NCBI RefSeq assembly: GCF_963506605.1
Contig: NC_083278.1
Span: forward strand, 4,526,001 to 4,590,000
Origin: Zootoca vivipara
Lineage: Eukaryota
DNA: 64,000 bases
Direction: 5' to 3'
Position 1 is the first letter of the stretch; the number at the start of each line of letters is the position of its first letter. The notes below the pieces were generated by a model. The model searched no databases and was not told where the DNA came from. It saw nothing but the letters and a program-made list of their open reading frames with translations. Below, piece after piece: positions 47,582-60,749 of the stretch. A program made the translations under genes and the position numbers.

Positions 47582-47790
47582 CAGTTGTACCTTGGTTCTC
47601 AAGTGAAATCCATTCCGGAAGTCCGTTCGACTTCCGAAAACATTTGAAAACTCAGGCACGGCTTCCGATTGGCTGCAGGAGCTTCCTGCACTCAATCGGA
47701 AGCTGTGGAAGCCGCAACTTCCAAAAAACGTTTGCAAATTCCAGGTTTGTGGTGTTTGGGAACCAAAACATTTGAGTCACAAGGCGTAAA
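47582..47790. mobile_element. Tigger-like MITE fragment
   Basis: TA-CAGTTGTACCTTGG start, internal palindromes; right TIR not found. Confidence 0.5.
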
Positions 47791-48131
47791 TGGATCCTTC
47801 CCAATCTGGGTGTGGGACTGGACTTGGTTGTTCTTGACATGTATCACACCGTTGTTTCTGCTTGATATCTCAGAAGCTTTTAACACAGTGGTTTTCAAAG
47901 TTTTGTTCTTTGGGCCATGCTCTCAGAATAAAAATATGCTCATGCCACACCAATTTTTTAATTTATATGAAATACATTGGGAAACAAAGAGAAACAATTC
48001 CAGCTCTAGGGAAGCTACAGGATCATAGAACTGTAGAGTTGGAAGGGACCACCAGGGTCATCTTGTTCAACCCCCTGCACTTGTACTGTGGGGTGCTGCA
48101 GGGAACTGAAACTGAATTTTGAGGCCCTCAG

Positions 48132-48648
48132 ACTTCGAGAACACTGTCCAACCACCTCATCCTCTTTCGTCCCCTTCTCCTTGTGCCCTCCATCTTTCCC
48201 AACATCAGGGTCTTTTGCAGGGAGTCTTCTCTTCTCATGAGGTGGCCAAAGTATTGGAGCCTCAGCTTCAGGATCTGTCCTTCCAGTGAGCACTCAGGGC
48301 TGATTTCCTTCAGGATGGATAGGTTTGATCTTCTTGCAGTCCATGGGACTCTCAAGAGTCTCCTCCAGAACCATAATTCAAAAACATCAATTCTTCGGCG
48401 ATCAGCCTTCTTTATGGTCCAGCTCTCACTTCCATACATCACTACTGGCAAAACCATAGCTTTAACTATATGGACCTTTGTCGGCAAGGTGATGTCTCTG
48501 CTTTTTAAGATGCTGTCTAGGTTTGTCATTGCTTTTCTCCCAAGAAGCAGGCGTCTTTTAATTTCGTGACTGCTGTCACCATCTGCAGTGATCAAGGAGC
48601 CCAAGAAAGTAAAATCTCTCACTGCCTCCATTTCTTCTCCTTCTATTG
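48132..48648 (-). mobile_element. BovB/RTE LINE fragment
   Basis: ORF 48128..48631 EAVRDFTFLGSLITADGDSSHEIKRRLLLGRKAM...; near-identical to 11530-12040. Confidence 0.92.
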
Positions 48649-48898
48649 GTTGAACACAATTTGCTTTTAAAAAATTAGCCTGACTTATTTTTCATTTTTG
48701 CACAAGTTAACACCAGTCCAGGTACAGATCTATGGTGGTAACTACACTCCTCTTTTATTTTGAGAATGGTTTAATCCTGGTATTTTCCTTTTAGTTGACT
48801 AGCTCTTAACCACTTATTCTAGGTTTGTTTATTTATACAAAACTATTTATGTATACATTGTGGCCCTCTGGTAAACCTCTTAGAAAGGTCCTTTACAT

Positions 48899-49034
48899 CA
48901 ATGGTCCTCAACCTTGGGCCTACAGATGTTTTGAGACTACAATTCCCATCATCCCTGACCACTGGTCCTGCTAGCTAGGGATCATGGGAGTTGTAGGCCA
49001 AAAACATCTGGAGGTCCAAGGTTGAGGACCACTG
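48899..49034. mobile_element. Palindromic hAT-Charlie MITE
   Basis: CAATGGTCCTCAACCTT...AAGGTTGAGGACCACTG; TSD ctttacat/ctttaaat. Confidence 0.85.
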
Positions 49035-49287
49035 CTTTAAATGATGGGTTATAAAGCTGCTAAATTAACTAGGGTTTGTTTTAAACCTAGCCCAAACAGA
49101 ATGCTATTTGAGAATGCAAGGAGAAAAAAAATGAGCAGAATTTTAAAAAACACATGAAACTGTGTGGGAAGGCCAGGGAAGAGGGAGCATGAGAGCTTGT
49201 GCTTTGCTTGGGCTTATTCAGCACAGTGCTAAAACCATGGTTTAGGGTTTAGCATTATGCACAAATGTGGTCGATATAAAGTTACTC

Positions 49288-49319
<32 letters not shown>

Positions 49320-49786
49320 TAATTATCAATATAAATTGTAGTCAGACAAATCATATAAAAACATAAAACATGGAACATATGTTAATCAAATTGGGCTTTC
49401 ATCTATAGTAGAGTAAACAATAAAAACTTACTATTTTTAACTACAAAACTCAGTAAGCATGAAGTGCACAAATCGACTCAAGACAAAACTAGTAGTATAA
49501 TTAGTACAGGTCCTTTACATATAATAAACTAAAAGGAAAGGTTGTATTGTGAGCATGTGTGGGGAAAATTTTTCAGGTCAAGGGCCACATCACCGTGGTG
49601 GAAAGATGTCAGATGAATTTCAGTACCAGAAACAGCAATAGACCAAGACAAAGCTATTTCCCATGGAAGCAGGCATATACGTAATTCTTAGTAACTCCAC
49701 TCAAGTTTTATCTTCCATTTTCACTACAGACATTTCAAATAAAGTTTTTTTTTCAAAAAAGAAAAAAAGCTCCCCATACCCTTTAT

Positions 49787-49876
49787 CATAGCTGCCAAGT
49801 TTTCCCTTTTCTCGCGAGGAAGCCTATTCAGCATAAGGGAAAATCCCTTAAAAAAAGGGATAACTTGGCAGCTATG
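49787..49876. mobile_element. 90-bp hAT MITE
   Basis: CATAGCTGCCAAGTT...AACTTGGCAGCTATG, perfect 8-bp TSD CCCTTTAT. Confidence 0.9.
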
Positions 49877-50575
49877 CCCTTTATGTCCTTGCTCAACAAA
49901 TAAGTTAATAATCCCAGCAAAAGAATAGAAATAATGACACTGCAGAGTTGAACTCTAAGCACTGCCTTAAAGCTATTTAAAGCCTCAAAAATACAATTGC
50001 AGCCTAATAATTGCATGCATGTGATTGCAAAATGTGTGGCACTTTTTGCATATTTGCAAGGAATACAGATCTTCCTCTCTGTTGAGACAGTTTCTCTCAT
50101 AAGAAGAGCCTGCTGGATCAGGGCAATAATCCATCCAGCCCAGCATCCTGTTCTCACACTGGGCATGGGCAACCAGAAGGTTGCTGGAGACATGCAAGCA
50201 GGACATGAACATAAGCACTCTTTCCTCAGGTAGTTTCCAGCAGCTGGCACTCAGAGCAGCAATTGCACATTATGCACAGCACCAACACCTTCCCCTCTGT
50301 CAGGTGCTCCTTGCTGAGCAGTTGATGGGGAGGAAGGGACCAAGGGGAGAAGATTGTGTTGGGCCTATGGGTTGAAGTTTATTCACTCCTTTCTTAAATT
50401 CTTTTTTTTAGAATATTTAAATGGAGGGAATTAAAAGACAACATATATAAGCAAAACCAGAAATAGCATATATATACACACTTATACTCAATGACAGCAG
50501 AATAATAAATATTTTCATCCAAATCAATTGCTGCTGCACAGTTAAATTTTCATATCCACATACCGTAGCTGATAT

Positions 50576-50576
<1 letters not shown>

Positions 50577-50616
<40 letters not shown>
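50577..50616. repeat. (CA)n microsatellite
   Basis: ~20 CA units. Confidence 0.95.
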
Positions 50617-50618
<2 letters not shown>

Positions 50619-50908
50619 GCATTGAATTAAGGTTCTGTTCCCCTGAGGAAGGTTTCTATTAAAACACATCAGATGGTTGATCTTTTTATTAAAGTTCTTC
50701 ATATATTTTGACAACATTTTGAAGCTTGTCTCTCTTTTCTGTACTGGTTTTTTTTTATGCTGGCCTCTTCTTTCTTTTGAAGTGAATGTTTACCACCTCA
50801 TCTCCTTTTGTGTGAACCAAATGTAATTTCCCAAAACAATGGTTCAGATGTGTGTGATCTCTCCAGCAAATTTCGTACAATTATTCTACAATTTTTCTGT
50901 TGTCCTGC

Positions 50909-51830
50909 CAGGGGCGTAGCCAGGATCAAAACTAGGGGGGGGCAAGCCATGGTCATACAGGGGCGGGGCCACGAAGTGGGAATGTGGGCGGGGCTACAGG
51001 GCCAGCTGGCCTGACGAAATTGTGGTGGCGGCGGCGGGGGTGACAGGGTGGGCGAGGGCGAGGCAAGGCACGTCCGCAGTCACGACGGCTCTGAGGCGTT
51101 GCTGCATATCAGCATAATATTTCAACCATGTTGTGGGTTCAAGCCCCACCTTAGGAAAAAATTCCTGCATTGCAGGGGGTTGGACTAGATGACCCTTGTG
51201 GTCCCTTCCGACTACAATTCTATGATTCTATTGATATATTGCCATAGCATATGTATCATTCTGCTTTCTTGAATTGTCCTACTCCTAGGCATAGCAGCCA
51301 ACTCCTAGAGGCCCAGGTGCCTCTCCCCCCCCCCCAATTACTAGTAAATACCGTATTTGAAAGAGCCATCCCCCCCATCTAGATGGGCTTTCTATGTGAG
51401 GCTTATCTGCCCCCCCCGTATTTTATTAAGAATGGAAGAGGGAGGGAAGGAAGGAAGAACAGAGAGAGGGATACCTCATATTTGTGGGTGCCTCTGGGTG
51501 GTGCTGTGATGCTGGAACTCTGCAGCAAGAGGACGGGAGGGTTGGGCAGGGGAGAGGGGGTGGCAGGGCGAGGGCGAGGCAAGACAGGGCCACAGTCACG
51601 ATGGCTCCGAGGCGTTGCTGCGATGGCTCCGAGCCGTTCCTAAAGAGTCATCCCCCCCCCATGTTGATGGGCTTTCTATGTGGGGCTTATCTGCCCCCCC
51701 CAGTATTTTATTGAGGATGGAAGAGGGAGGAAAGGAAGGAAGAAATAGAGAGAGGGATAACTCACATTTGTGGGTGCCTCTGGGTGACGCTGTGATGCTA
51801 GAACTCTGCAGCAAGAGGAACACTGTACAC
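50909..51830. repeat. GC-rich DNA-transposon-like block with ~280-bp-period internal duplication and a nested SINE (~51110-51230)
   Basis: Starts CAGGGGCGTAGCCAG; 51362-51530 repeats at 51644-51820; 51050-51105 repeats at 51566-51620. Confidence 0.6.
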
Positions 51831-51876
51831 CTGTACGGGAGCCTTGTAAGCAGCTTTCTCTCTGCTTGATTTACAG

Positions 51877-52215
51877 CAGGCACGTCCAACAGGTAGATTG
51901 TGATCTACCAGTAGATCACTCGATGTCTGTGGTAGATCACTGCTAGATCACTGGCACCCCTAAAAAAAGCTCACCCAAAATTTTCCTCCTCCCTAAAAAA
52001 AGCTGATCTATGACCTGAAGCCCTAAACAAAAATGGGCCTCCCTCCCTCCTAAAAGAAGCTCAACAAGTTTGACCTAAACCCCCCCAAAACAGGGCTTCC
52101 CTTCCTTAAAAAAAACTCAACAGCTTTGACCTGAACCCCCCCAAAAGGGGGTAGATCACTCCCAGTTTTTAACTCTGTGAGTAGATCAGAGTCTCTTGGG
52201 AGGTGGCCACCCCTG
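51877..52215. mobile_element. Non-autonomous hAT element with internal tandem subrepeats
   Basis: CAGGCACGTCCAAC...GTGGCCACCCCTG; perfect 8-bp TSD ATTTACAG. Confidence 0.85.
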
Positions 52216-53279
52216 ATTTACAGTATACAGGTGCAGGAGGAGGGGCAGACTGGAACACCACTGCTTTTTATAAACATCACTGTGTCTATCAAAGCTACAG
52301 CCCCCCCTTTCTTGTTCACTTCCTTTTAGCCTTGCAGGGCCACCTTAGTCAAATTGAATCCTCTGCGCCCTCATTAAATCGCCAATAGAACTGTTTATGC
52401 GATCCCTGAATGCTCATTAACAACTCCCACTGAAGAACAATAGGGTGAATAGGGTGAACCTTGCCTGAAGGGATATTCTGCTCCATTGTCTTAACTGCTT
52501 AAGTACCAGTAGCCACCTTGCTTTATTTATTTGATGTGTTTTTGTTACAGCTGTGTTCCCGCCCCGCCCCCCGCCCCCAGCAAGTGGAGAGCTGCTCTTG
52601 CTAAAGCAAAGCCCTTTCCACTTGTTTTTGGAGGGGGAAAGTGCTGGTTATGGTCTGTAAAATACAATATTTTTTTGCTTCTGGGGGGGAGGCTGCCCCC
52701 TCCTGCCCCCCCGTCTACACCCATGTGTCCTGCATTGCTACATTTTGCATGTCTTTTTTCACCGTTCAAGATTCATATGCAAGGCAGACCAAACAAGAAG
52801 CTACATTGCTGCATTTGGTGTGTCACGATGTCAGCTGTGCCCGTTTCCTTTGAGGTGGTGCTGGTGGTAAATGCAGGCACAGCAGCACTGGGATGGGTGT
52901 ACAGAGCTCTTCCCGCATGCAAAAATTCTCCTTGAAATTTCCTCAGCTATTTTTTCTCTCAGTGAAAGTTACTTTTGGGTTCACTGCAGAAAAACAACTT
53001 GAGCAAAATAGTTTATGGGAGGATAAAATGATGGCATTAGGGATGGTTGTGGTATTCCTCCCCACCCATGTTTTACTTGAAATGGTCTCCTCACTCTGCT
53101 TTGTAGAAAATTAGTATGACCCATCTCATAATCTGTGGAATAAAGTTCTGTAACATCTAGCCTGGTGTATAGTTGTAAGTTCCCTAAAATTGGTTAAAGA
53201 GAGTTAAACTGAATCATCATAGGCTTTGGTACTATTACTTCATTTGTGTGTTGTATGTTTCTATTTTTCTCCTTTGCAG

Positions 53280-53324
53280 ACTATGCGACGACATAGAAAT
53301 GAGGTGACAATTGAACTTAGAAAG
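53280..53324 (+). CDS. KPNA3: KPNA3 exon 2
   Basis: TMRRHRNEVTIELRK. Confidence 0.95.
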
Positions 53325-54774
53325 GTGAGTACATTACTTTGATTTTTTTATGCTTTGTTTAAAGCAGCCATGGGAGGTTTCAGCTATGGAGGTTCATGTG
53401 TGACTTGGGAGAGCACTGAAACGATTGTGTCCTCACCAGACACTATTATGTCATGTATCTACAAGGAAAGCATCAAGTGCAGTATTGTGTCCAGATTTCT
53501 GAATCTGGCAGAGCAATGGTTTGTTTTTGTAAGATATTCTGCCAGAGTTCCATTATGTTCTCCGCATTTTTAATTTGTTTCTGAGGCTTTGCTTCCTTTG
53601 TCTGTGGTTGTCTGTGTTGATGGTGCCTTTCCTCTTTCTCAGAAGGACACCACCCACATTTGTGCTAAGGCCCCAAACCCCTTAAGCCTATGAACAGTGT
53701 TTCACTGGGTCAGACTTCTGAAAGAAAGAGCTGGAACTGTTTGGTTATAATCCTGTACACACTTTCCTGGGGGTAAATCCTGTTGAATGCAGTGGGATGT
53801 ACTTCTGAGCAGATATGTTTAGGATTGTACTGTGAGTAGTTCCTAAATAAAGCATGAATTAGTGAAGCAGTGTGTGAAGTACAAACAATAGTGAATACTG
53901 GCGTGATCAGTTTCACTATGTTTGCTTACACAGGATTAAGATACATAGTATTGATATCTGAGTTTGAAATACTCCTGCTCATAACTAAATTTAAATGTGT
54001 TTTTCATTACTAATGGTTTTAAATATGAATATCTAGTAAATAATTTGTTTTCAATAGACTATATACTAGTGGTCAGCAGTCGGAGGCATCTGGGCCAAAT
54101 CTCTTGCGGTCTCTGAAATAGTCAGTCAGAGGCAAAAGAAAGCTGTTGAATTGTAGCTACCTAATTTGCGATCAGACATTGGGCTTTGGGCTTTGGCCCT
54201 CTATCACTGAGTCCATTCTCAAAATGTCCCAACAGAAAATCTAATTGCTTATCAAACAAAGATCAGTTAGTTGATTAAGTAGCCCATCTAGGAGAACGAA
54301 AACTCTGATCCTAACCTTCTGCTGCCTTGCGGGAGATCTTCAGGAAACAAAAAGGCCAAGGAGTACTAAACCCTACACAAATCCGGATGGCACCTTGTTT
54401 GTCTCCTTCCAGCAACTATTGCAGCCAATCTGGTGCCAATCGTATAGCTCTGCTGTCCTTTGAACCACATCAGTGAAGCTGTGAGGGGTGTATGTGTGTC
54501 TTGTCATCTGGGCAGCCTAAGACCTCCATACACATCTCCAAGGCTTCCACCCGGAGGAGGTCACTTCGGTGTTGCTAATACAGCAGTTTGACTCCCCCCC
54601 CCAAAGGTGCACTCCATTGTCTCTCAAGACAAACAGATGCCAGCAAGTTGACCAGTTTGTTGGATTATATTGATTTAGCACTCATTTGAGACCAGTTTTC
54701 TTTCCCACTATACTTCATAAATTAACATAGTAGTAACTGAAAATCTCTCTCACAAATCTTGATTGCTCTGTATA

Positions 54775-55926
54775 ACCAGAGACCAAATAGCAAACATGCG
54801 CTGGATTATGGAGAAAGCTAGAGAGTTCCAGAAAAACATCTACTTCTGCTTCATTTACTACACAAAAGCCTTTGACTGTGTCGACCACAGCAAACTGTGG
54901 CAAATTCTTAAAGAAATGGGAGTGCCTGATCACCTCATCTTTCTCCTGGGAATCTATGTGGGACAAGAAGCTACAGTTAGAACTGGATATGGAACAACTG
55001 ACTGGTTCAAAATTGGGAAAGGAGTATGACAAGGTTGTATATCGTTTCCCTGCTTATTTAACTTATATGCAGAATTCATCATGCGAAAGGCTGGACTGGA
55101 TGAATCCCAAACCGGAATTAAGATTGCTGGAAGAAATATCAACAACCTCAGATATGCTGATGAAACAACCTTGATGGCAGAAAGTGAGGAGGAAATAAAG
55201 AACCTTTTTAATGAGGGTGAAAGAGGAGAGTGCAAAATATGGTCTGAAGTTCAACATCAAAAAATCTAAGATCATGGCCACTGGTCCCATCACCTCCTGG
55301 TAAATAGAAGGGGAAGCAATGGAGGCAGTGAGAGATTTTACTTTCTTGGGTTTCATGATCACTGCAGATGGTGACAGCAGTCACGAAATTAAAAGACACC
55401 TGCTTCTTGGGAGAAAAGCAATGACAAACCTAGACAGCATCTTAAAAAGCAGAGACATCACCTTGCCGACAAAGGTTCGTATAGTTAAAGCTATGGTTTT
55501 GCCAGTAGTGATGTATGGAAGTGAGAGCTGGACCATAAAGAAGGCTGATCACCGAAGAATTGATGCTTTTGAATTATGGTGCTGGAGGAGACTCTTGAGA
55601 GTCCCATGGACTGCAAGAAGATCAAACCTATCCATTCTGAAGGAAATCAGCCCTGAGTGCTCACTGGAAGGACAGATCCTGAAGCTGAGGCTCCAATACT
55701 TTGGCCACCTCATGAGAAGAGAAGAATCCTTGGAAAAGACCCTGATGTTGGGAAAGATGGAGGGCACAAGGAGAAGGGGACGACAGAGGACGAGATGGTT
55801 GGACAGTGTTCTCAAAGCTACCAACATGAGTTTGACCAAACTGCGGGAGGCAGTGGAAGACAGGAGTGCCTGGCATGCTATGGTCCATGGAGTCACGAAG
55901 AGTCGGACACGACTAAACAACAACAA
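54775..55926 (+). mobile_element. BovB/RTE LINE, 5'-truncated
   Basis: TRDQIANMRWIMEKAREFQKNIYFCFI...NNLRYAD...; (CAA)n tail. Confidence 0.93.
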
Positions 55927-56039
55927 GCAGAGGCTTGACAGGCATATGTCAAGAATGCTTTGATGGTGTTTCCTGTTTCACAGGGGGTTGGACTGGATGG
56001 CCTTGTGGTCTCTTCCAACTCTATGATTCCATGATTCTA
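55927..56039 (+). mobile_element. CR1 LINE 3' end
   Basis: ggttggactggatggcc...ttccaactctatgattccatgattcta. Confidence 0.8.
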
Positions 56040-56059
56040 AGGGCTGGGCAATGGGCTCT

Positions 56060-57901
56060 GCGGGGTAGTCAATGCTGCTCTCTGTGAGGGAGCATTCCCA
56101 GACCCACTGAAAGAGGCAGTCATTAAATAGCTTCTTAAAAAACATCTTTAGATCTGGCCAGTATGGCCAACTATCGCCCAGTCTCAAATCTTCCATTCTT
56201 GGGCAAGGTTATTGAGCGGGTGGTTGCTGAACAACTCCAGGCACGCCTGGAGGATGCGGACCATTTGAATCCCTTCCAATTGGGATTCAGGCCTCATCAT
56301 GGAACTGAAACTGCCTTGGTCGCGCTGGTCGATGATCTCCGGTGGGCTAGGGACAAAGGTGAGAGTTGTTTCCTAGTTCTGTTGGATCTCTCAGCAGGTT
56401 TTGACACCATCCACCATGACATCCTTCTGGACCGTCTAGAGGGGTTGGGAGCTGGGGGCACTATCATACAGTGGTTCCGCTCCTTCCTCCTGGGCCGTGT
56501 CCAGAAAGTGGTGGTGGGGGATGAGTGTTCAGACCCCTGGGCCCTCACTTGTGGGGTGCTTCAGGGTTCCATCCTCTCCCCCATGCTTTTTAACATCTAC
56601 ATGAAGCTGCTGGGAGGGATCATCAGGGGTTTGGGCTGGGTGTCCATCAATATGCGGATGATACCCAGCTCTACCTCTCTTTTAAATCGGAACCAGTGAA
56701 GGTCTTATGTGAGTGCCTGGAGGCGGTTGGAGGATGGGTGGCGGCTAATGGATTGAGGTTGAATGTTTAGCCTGGAGAAGAGAAGGTTAAGGGGTGATAT
56801 GATAGCCATGTTCAAATATATAAAAGGATGTCATATAGAAGAGGGTGAAAGGTTGTTTTCTGCTGCTCCAGAGAAGCGGACACAGAGCAATGGATTCAAA
56901 CTACAAGAAAGAAGATTCCACTTAAACAGTAAGAGCTGTTCAACAGTGGAAATTGCTGCCAAGGAGGTCTTTAAGTGGAGGCTTGACAGCCATCTGTCAG
57001 GAATGCTTTAATGGTGTATCCTGCCTGGCAGGGGGTTGGATTGGATGGCTCTTGTGGTTTCTTCTAACTCTATGATTCTATTCTGTGAATCCTGATAACA
57101 CAGAAGTACTGTTCTTGGGGGACAGGGGGCTGGCTTGTGTAGAGGACTCCCTGGTCCTGAATGGGGTAACTGTGTCCCTGAAGGACCAGGTGCGCAGCCT
57201 GGGAGTCATTTTGGACTCACAGCTGTCCATGGAGGCGTAGGTCAACTCTGTATCCATGGCAGCTGTCTACCAGCTCCACCTGGTACGCAGGCTGAAACCC
57301 TACCTGCTTGCGGACTGTCTCGCCAGAGTGGTGCATGCTCTAGTTATCTCTCGCTTGGACTACTGCAGTGTGCTCTACGTGGGGCTACCTTTGAAGGTGA
57401 CCCGGAAACTACAACTAATCCAGAATGTGGCAGCTAGACTGGTGACTGGGGGCAGCCGCTGAGACCGTATAACTCTGGTCCTGAAAGACCTGCATTGGCT
57501 CCCAGTATGTTTCCGAGCACAATTCAAAGTGTTGGTGTTTACCTTTAAAGCCCTAAATGGCCTCGGCCCAGTATACCTGAAGGAGCGTCTCCTCCCCCAT
57601 CGTTCTGCCCGGACACTGAGGTCCAGCGCCGAGGGCCTTCTGGCAGTTCCCTCACTGCGAGAAGCAAAGCTACAGGGAACCAGGCAGAGGGCCTTCTCGG
57701 TAGTGGCACCCACCCTGTGGAATGCCCTCCCAACAGATGTCAGAGAGATAAATAAGTACCTGACATTTAGAAAACATCTGAAGTCAGCCCTGTTCAGGGA
57801 AGTTTTTAATGTGTGACATTTTTATGTATTTTAATTTTTTGTTGGAAGCCGCCCAGAGTGGCTGGGGAAACCTAGCCAGATGGGCAGTGTACAAATGATA
57901 A

Positions 57902-57943
<42 letters not shown>
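56060..57943 (+). mobile_element. L2-clade LINE (RT to 3' end) interrupted by CR1
   Basis: NYRPVSNLPFLGKVIE...LLDLSAGFDTI...[14 protein letters not shown]...; (ATT)n tail. Confidence 0.9.
56765..57086 (+). mobile_element. CR1 LINE 3' fragment nested in L2
   Basis: FSLEKRRLRGDMIAMFKYIKG; ctatgattct tail; short TGAAT duplication at junctions. Confidence 0.88.
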
Positions 57944-57946
<3 letters not shown>

Positions 57947-58333
57947 ATTCTCAGAGAGGCCCACCTGGAATTTACCTGATGCTCATTCTGGTGCCAGGTG
58001 AATACTGTTTTTAAGCGCTGGGGAAATTAAAAACAAAACGAAAACCCTGTGATTTTACTTTTTTAAGATAATAAAAATGTTTAGGTGTTGTGATTTTTTT
58101 AAAAAGTAATTTGATTTTATTCTGCTAGAAATGTTTTAGACAGAGTGTTTTATGATACTGCTATTTTATCATACTGTATTTCATTATATTCTACCATATT
58201 ATGTTTGTGAGTCACTGTTACTGGGCAGTCCTGTAAAAATATAATTGTTGTTAACATTAGCATTTTAATAAATTTACAGACAAACAAACATTAAAGGCAT
58301 TCAAATGCACTATCTTGGTTCTTTGTTCTTCAG

Positions 58334-58423
58334 AATAAAAGAGATGAACATCTTCTGAAAAAAAGAAATGTGCCCCAAGAAGAAAGTTTAGAAGATTCAG
58401 ATGCTGATGCTGATTTCAAAGCA
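58334..58423 (+). CDS. KPNA3: KPNA3 exon 3
   Basis: [30 protein letters not shown]. Confidence 0.95.
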
Positions 58424-59587
58424 GTAAGATTGCATCTACATTGATGTGGCATTGATGTGTATGTGGGTCTATGTGGAATATGTATGGTATATGGTATTTA
58501 TGTGCATACACACACACACACGCCTTTTTCAAGGCAGTTCACAGCTAAAAAGCAGAGTCACTAAAAACAGAGGAAACTGTCATTAAAAACAATTAAACAT
58601 TGATAGAATTAAAACTACATACATATATAAAATTATTCACACCATGCAAATAATTAGAATTAAAACAGCACAGCACCAGCCCTTTCACGAAAATGAGCCA
58701 GTTTCCAAAATCCTCTTGGAGCAATAAAGGCTTCCCTTGCACCTGTAGGATACATGGGATTTGCATGACGATCTCCTTGTTGGGCCAACGTTGTGGGCCT
58801 GTCTAAAGTTGCAGTGAGCTCCTGGTGAGACTGGAAAAGGCAAGAGAGTCAGAGAGAGGGGTGGGCGAGGTCTTCAGGGACACTGTAGTTCTGCTCCGCT
58901 CCCATGATGAGAGCTGCCATGCTGTTGAGAATGAGGGTCTTGGGGGAGGAGGGTCTTGAGGAAGAGGAAAACATTCCCTTAGAACGGTAACCCGTTCCTT
59001 GGGGAAGAACATCTATTCTCTCATGCTGAGCGTACTTCTCTGGTAGGTGCAGGGAGTGTGCTAATTGGGCGATACGATCCTTAGGAATCCTCCTTTCCCT
59101 CCACCTAGATAGCCTGGTACATAGCGCTGGGAAGGAGTCAGTGGTCGTAGTGCATGTTGGCACAAACAACGGGGAAATGTAGTTGCGTGGTCCTGGAAGC
59201 CAAATTTAGGTTGCTAGGTAGGATATCTCCAAGATTCTTTCTCTGAAATGCTACCAGTTCCATGCACAGGGCCAGCTGAGGCAGGCACATCTTTGTGGTT
59301 TCAGTGCATGGAGGAGATGATGGGGTCAGGAGAAGCAGCTTGGATTTGCTAGGCTCTGGGGAAACATTCTGGGGCAAGTCAGGCCTGTACAAAAGGGATG
59401 GGCGCCACCTGAACTGGGATAGAACCAGACTGTTGGCAGTTAAAACCAAAACGGTCACAGAGCACCTTTTAAACTGATTGAGGGGGGAAAGCAGACAAGC
59501 TGAGGCGACTCTGGTTTGAAACTATCCTCCCTGGGATGACATAACTGATGAAAATTTAAATGGGAGTGCAGGAGCCCAGGGTAGTAA

Positions 59588-60158
59588 ATAAAGGTAAAGG
59601 GACCCCTGACCATCGTGACCGACTCTGGGGTTGCAGCGCTCATCTCGCATTATTGGCCGAGGGAGCCGGCATACAGCTTCCAGGCCATGTGGCCAGCATG
59701 ACAAAGCCACTTCTGGCGAACGAGAGCAGTGCACGGGAACGCCATTTACCTTCCTGCAGTACCTACCCTGTTTCTCATATTTTAGGACATACCCATAAAA
59801 TAAGCCATAGCAGGATTTTTAAGCATTCAAGGAATATAAGCCATACCCCAAAAATAAGACATAGTGATAGGCACAGCAGCAATGCCGGCCGCGGCAGGAG
59901 GAGGAGGAGGAAAAAAATAAGACACCCCTTGAAAATAAGCCATAGTGTGTTTTTTTGAGGAAAAAATAAATATAAGACGTGTCTTATAATATGAGAAACA
60001 CGGTATTTATCTACTTGCACTTTGACGTGCTTTCGAACTGCTAGGTGGGCAGGAGCTGGGACCGAGCAACGGGAGCTCACCCCGTCACAGGGATTAGAAC
60101 CGCCGACCTTCTGATCGGCAAGCCCTAGGCTCTGTGGTTTAACCCACAGCGCTACCCA
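59588..60158 (-). mobile_element. Sauria SINE interrupted by a mariner-type MITE
   Basis: Same family as 43609-43917; 11-bp TSD CAGGGTAGTAA (59577-59587 / 60159-60169). Confidence 0.88.
59766..60003. mobile_element. Tc1/mariner-type MITE
   Basis: CCCTGTTTCTCATATT...AATATGAGAAACACGG with TA duplication; removal restores SINE sequence gtacctatttatctac. Confidence 0.88.
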
Positions 60159-60393
60159 CAGGGTAGTAATTGTGAGAGACCAAAACACTGTAAGTTAAAA
60201 TGCAAGTGTTAAAGACACTTGAAGAGAGACAGACTGTATCTGAGTGTTCAGACACTAATGCTGGAAGCCGCTGAGCCAAGATGGGTGAACTGGAGTGCTT
60301 GGTCTTAGAGGATGACACTGATATATTTTGCAGAGAATAGTTGATTTATAATAAGAATTGTAACTAAAACTAAAATTTGTCTTTTGTTTAAAG

Positions 60394-60423
60394 CAAAATG
60401 TAACACTAGAAGCTATATTACAG
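60394..60423 (+). CDS. KPNA3: KPNA3 exon 4
   Basis: QNVTLEAILQ. Confidence 0.93.
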
Positions 60424-60511
60424 GTAAGTTGCTAAACAATATATTATTTCCTTCAGTTGAATTTGTTAATGCTTAACTCCTGAACTTACTGAAATCTATG
60501 TGGTGTTGCAG

Positions 60512-60564
60512 AATGCTACAAGTGACAACCCTATTATCCAACTAAGTGCTGTCCAAGCTGCAAG
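60512..60564 (+). CDS. KPNA3: KPNA3 exon 5
   Basis: NATSDNPIIQLSAVQAAR. Confidence 0.95.
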
Positions 60565-60644
60565 GTAGGCATCTATTTTTTTTTGTGGACTAAAAGACAT
60601 GAATGTTGTCTATACTATCTTTTTATTCACCACCTTCACTTTAA

Positions 60645-60749
<105 letters not shown>

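Larger units (their letters stand above)
58780..60330 (+). mobile_element. Decayed CR1 ORF1 (SGNH esterase)/ORF2-start fragment hosting a Sauria SINE
   Basis: VVVHVGTN and LYKRDGRHLN motifs; KMGELECLVLEDDTDI after the SINE. Confidence 0.65.
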
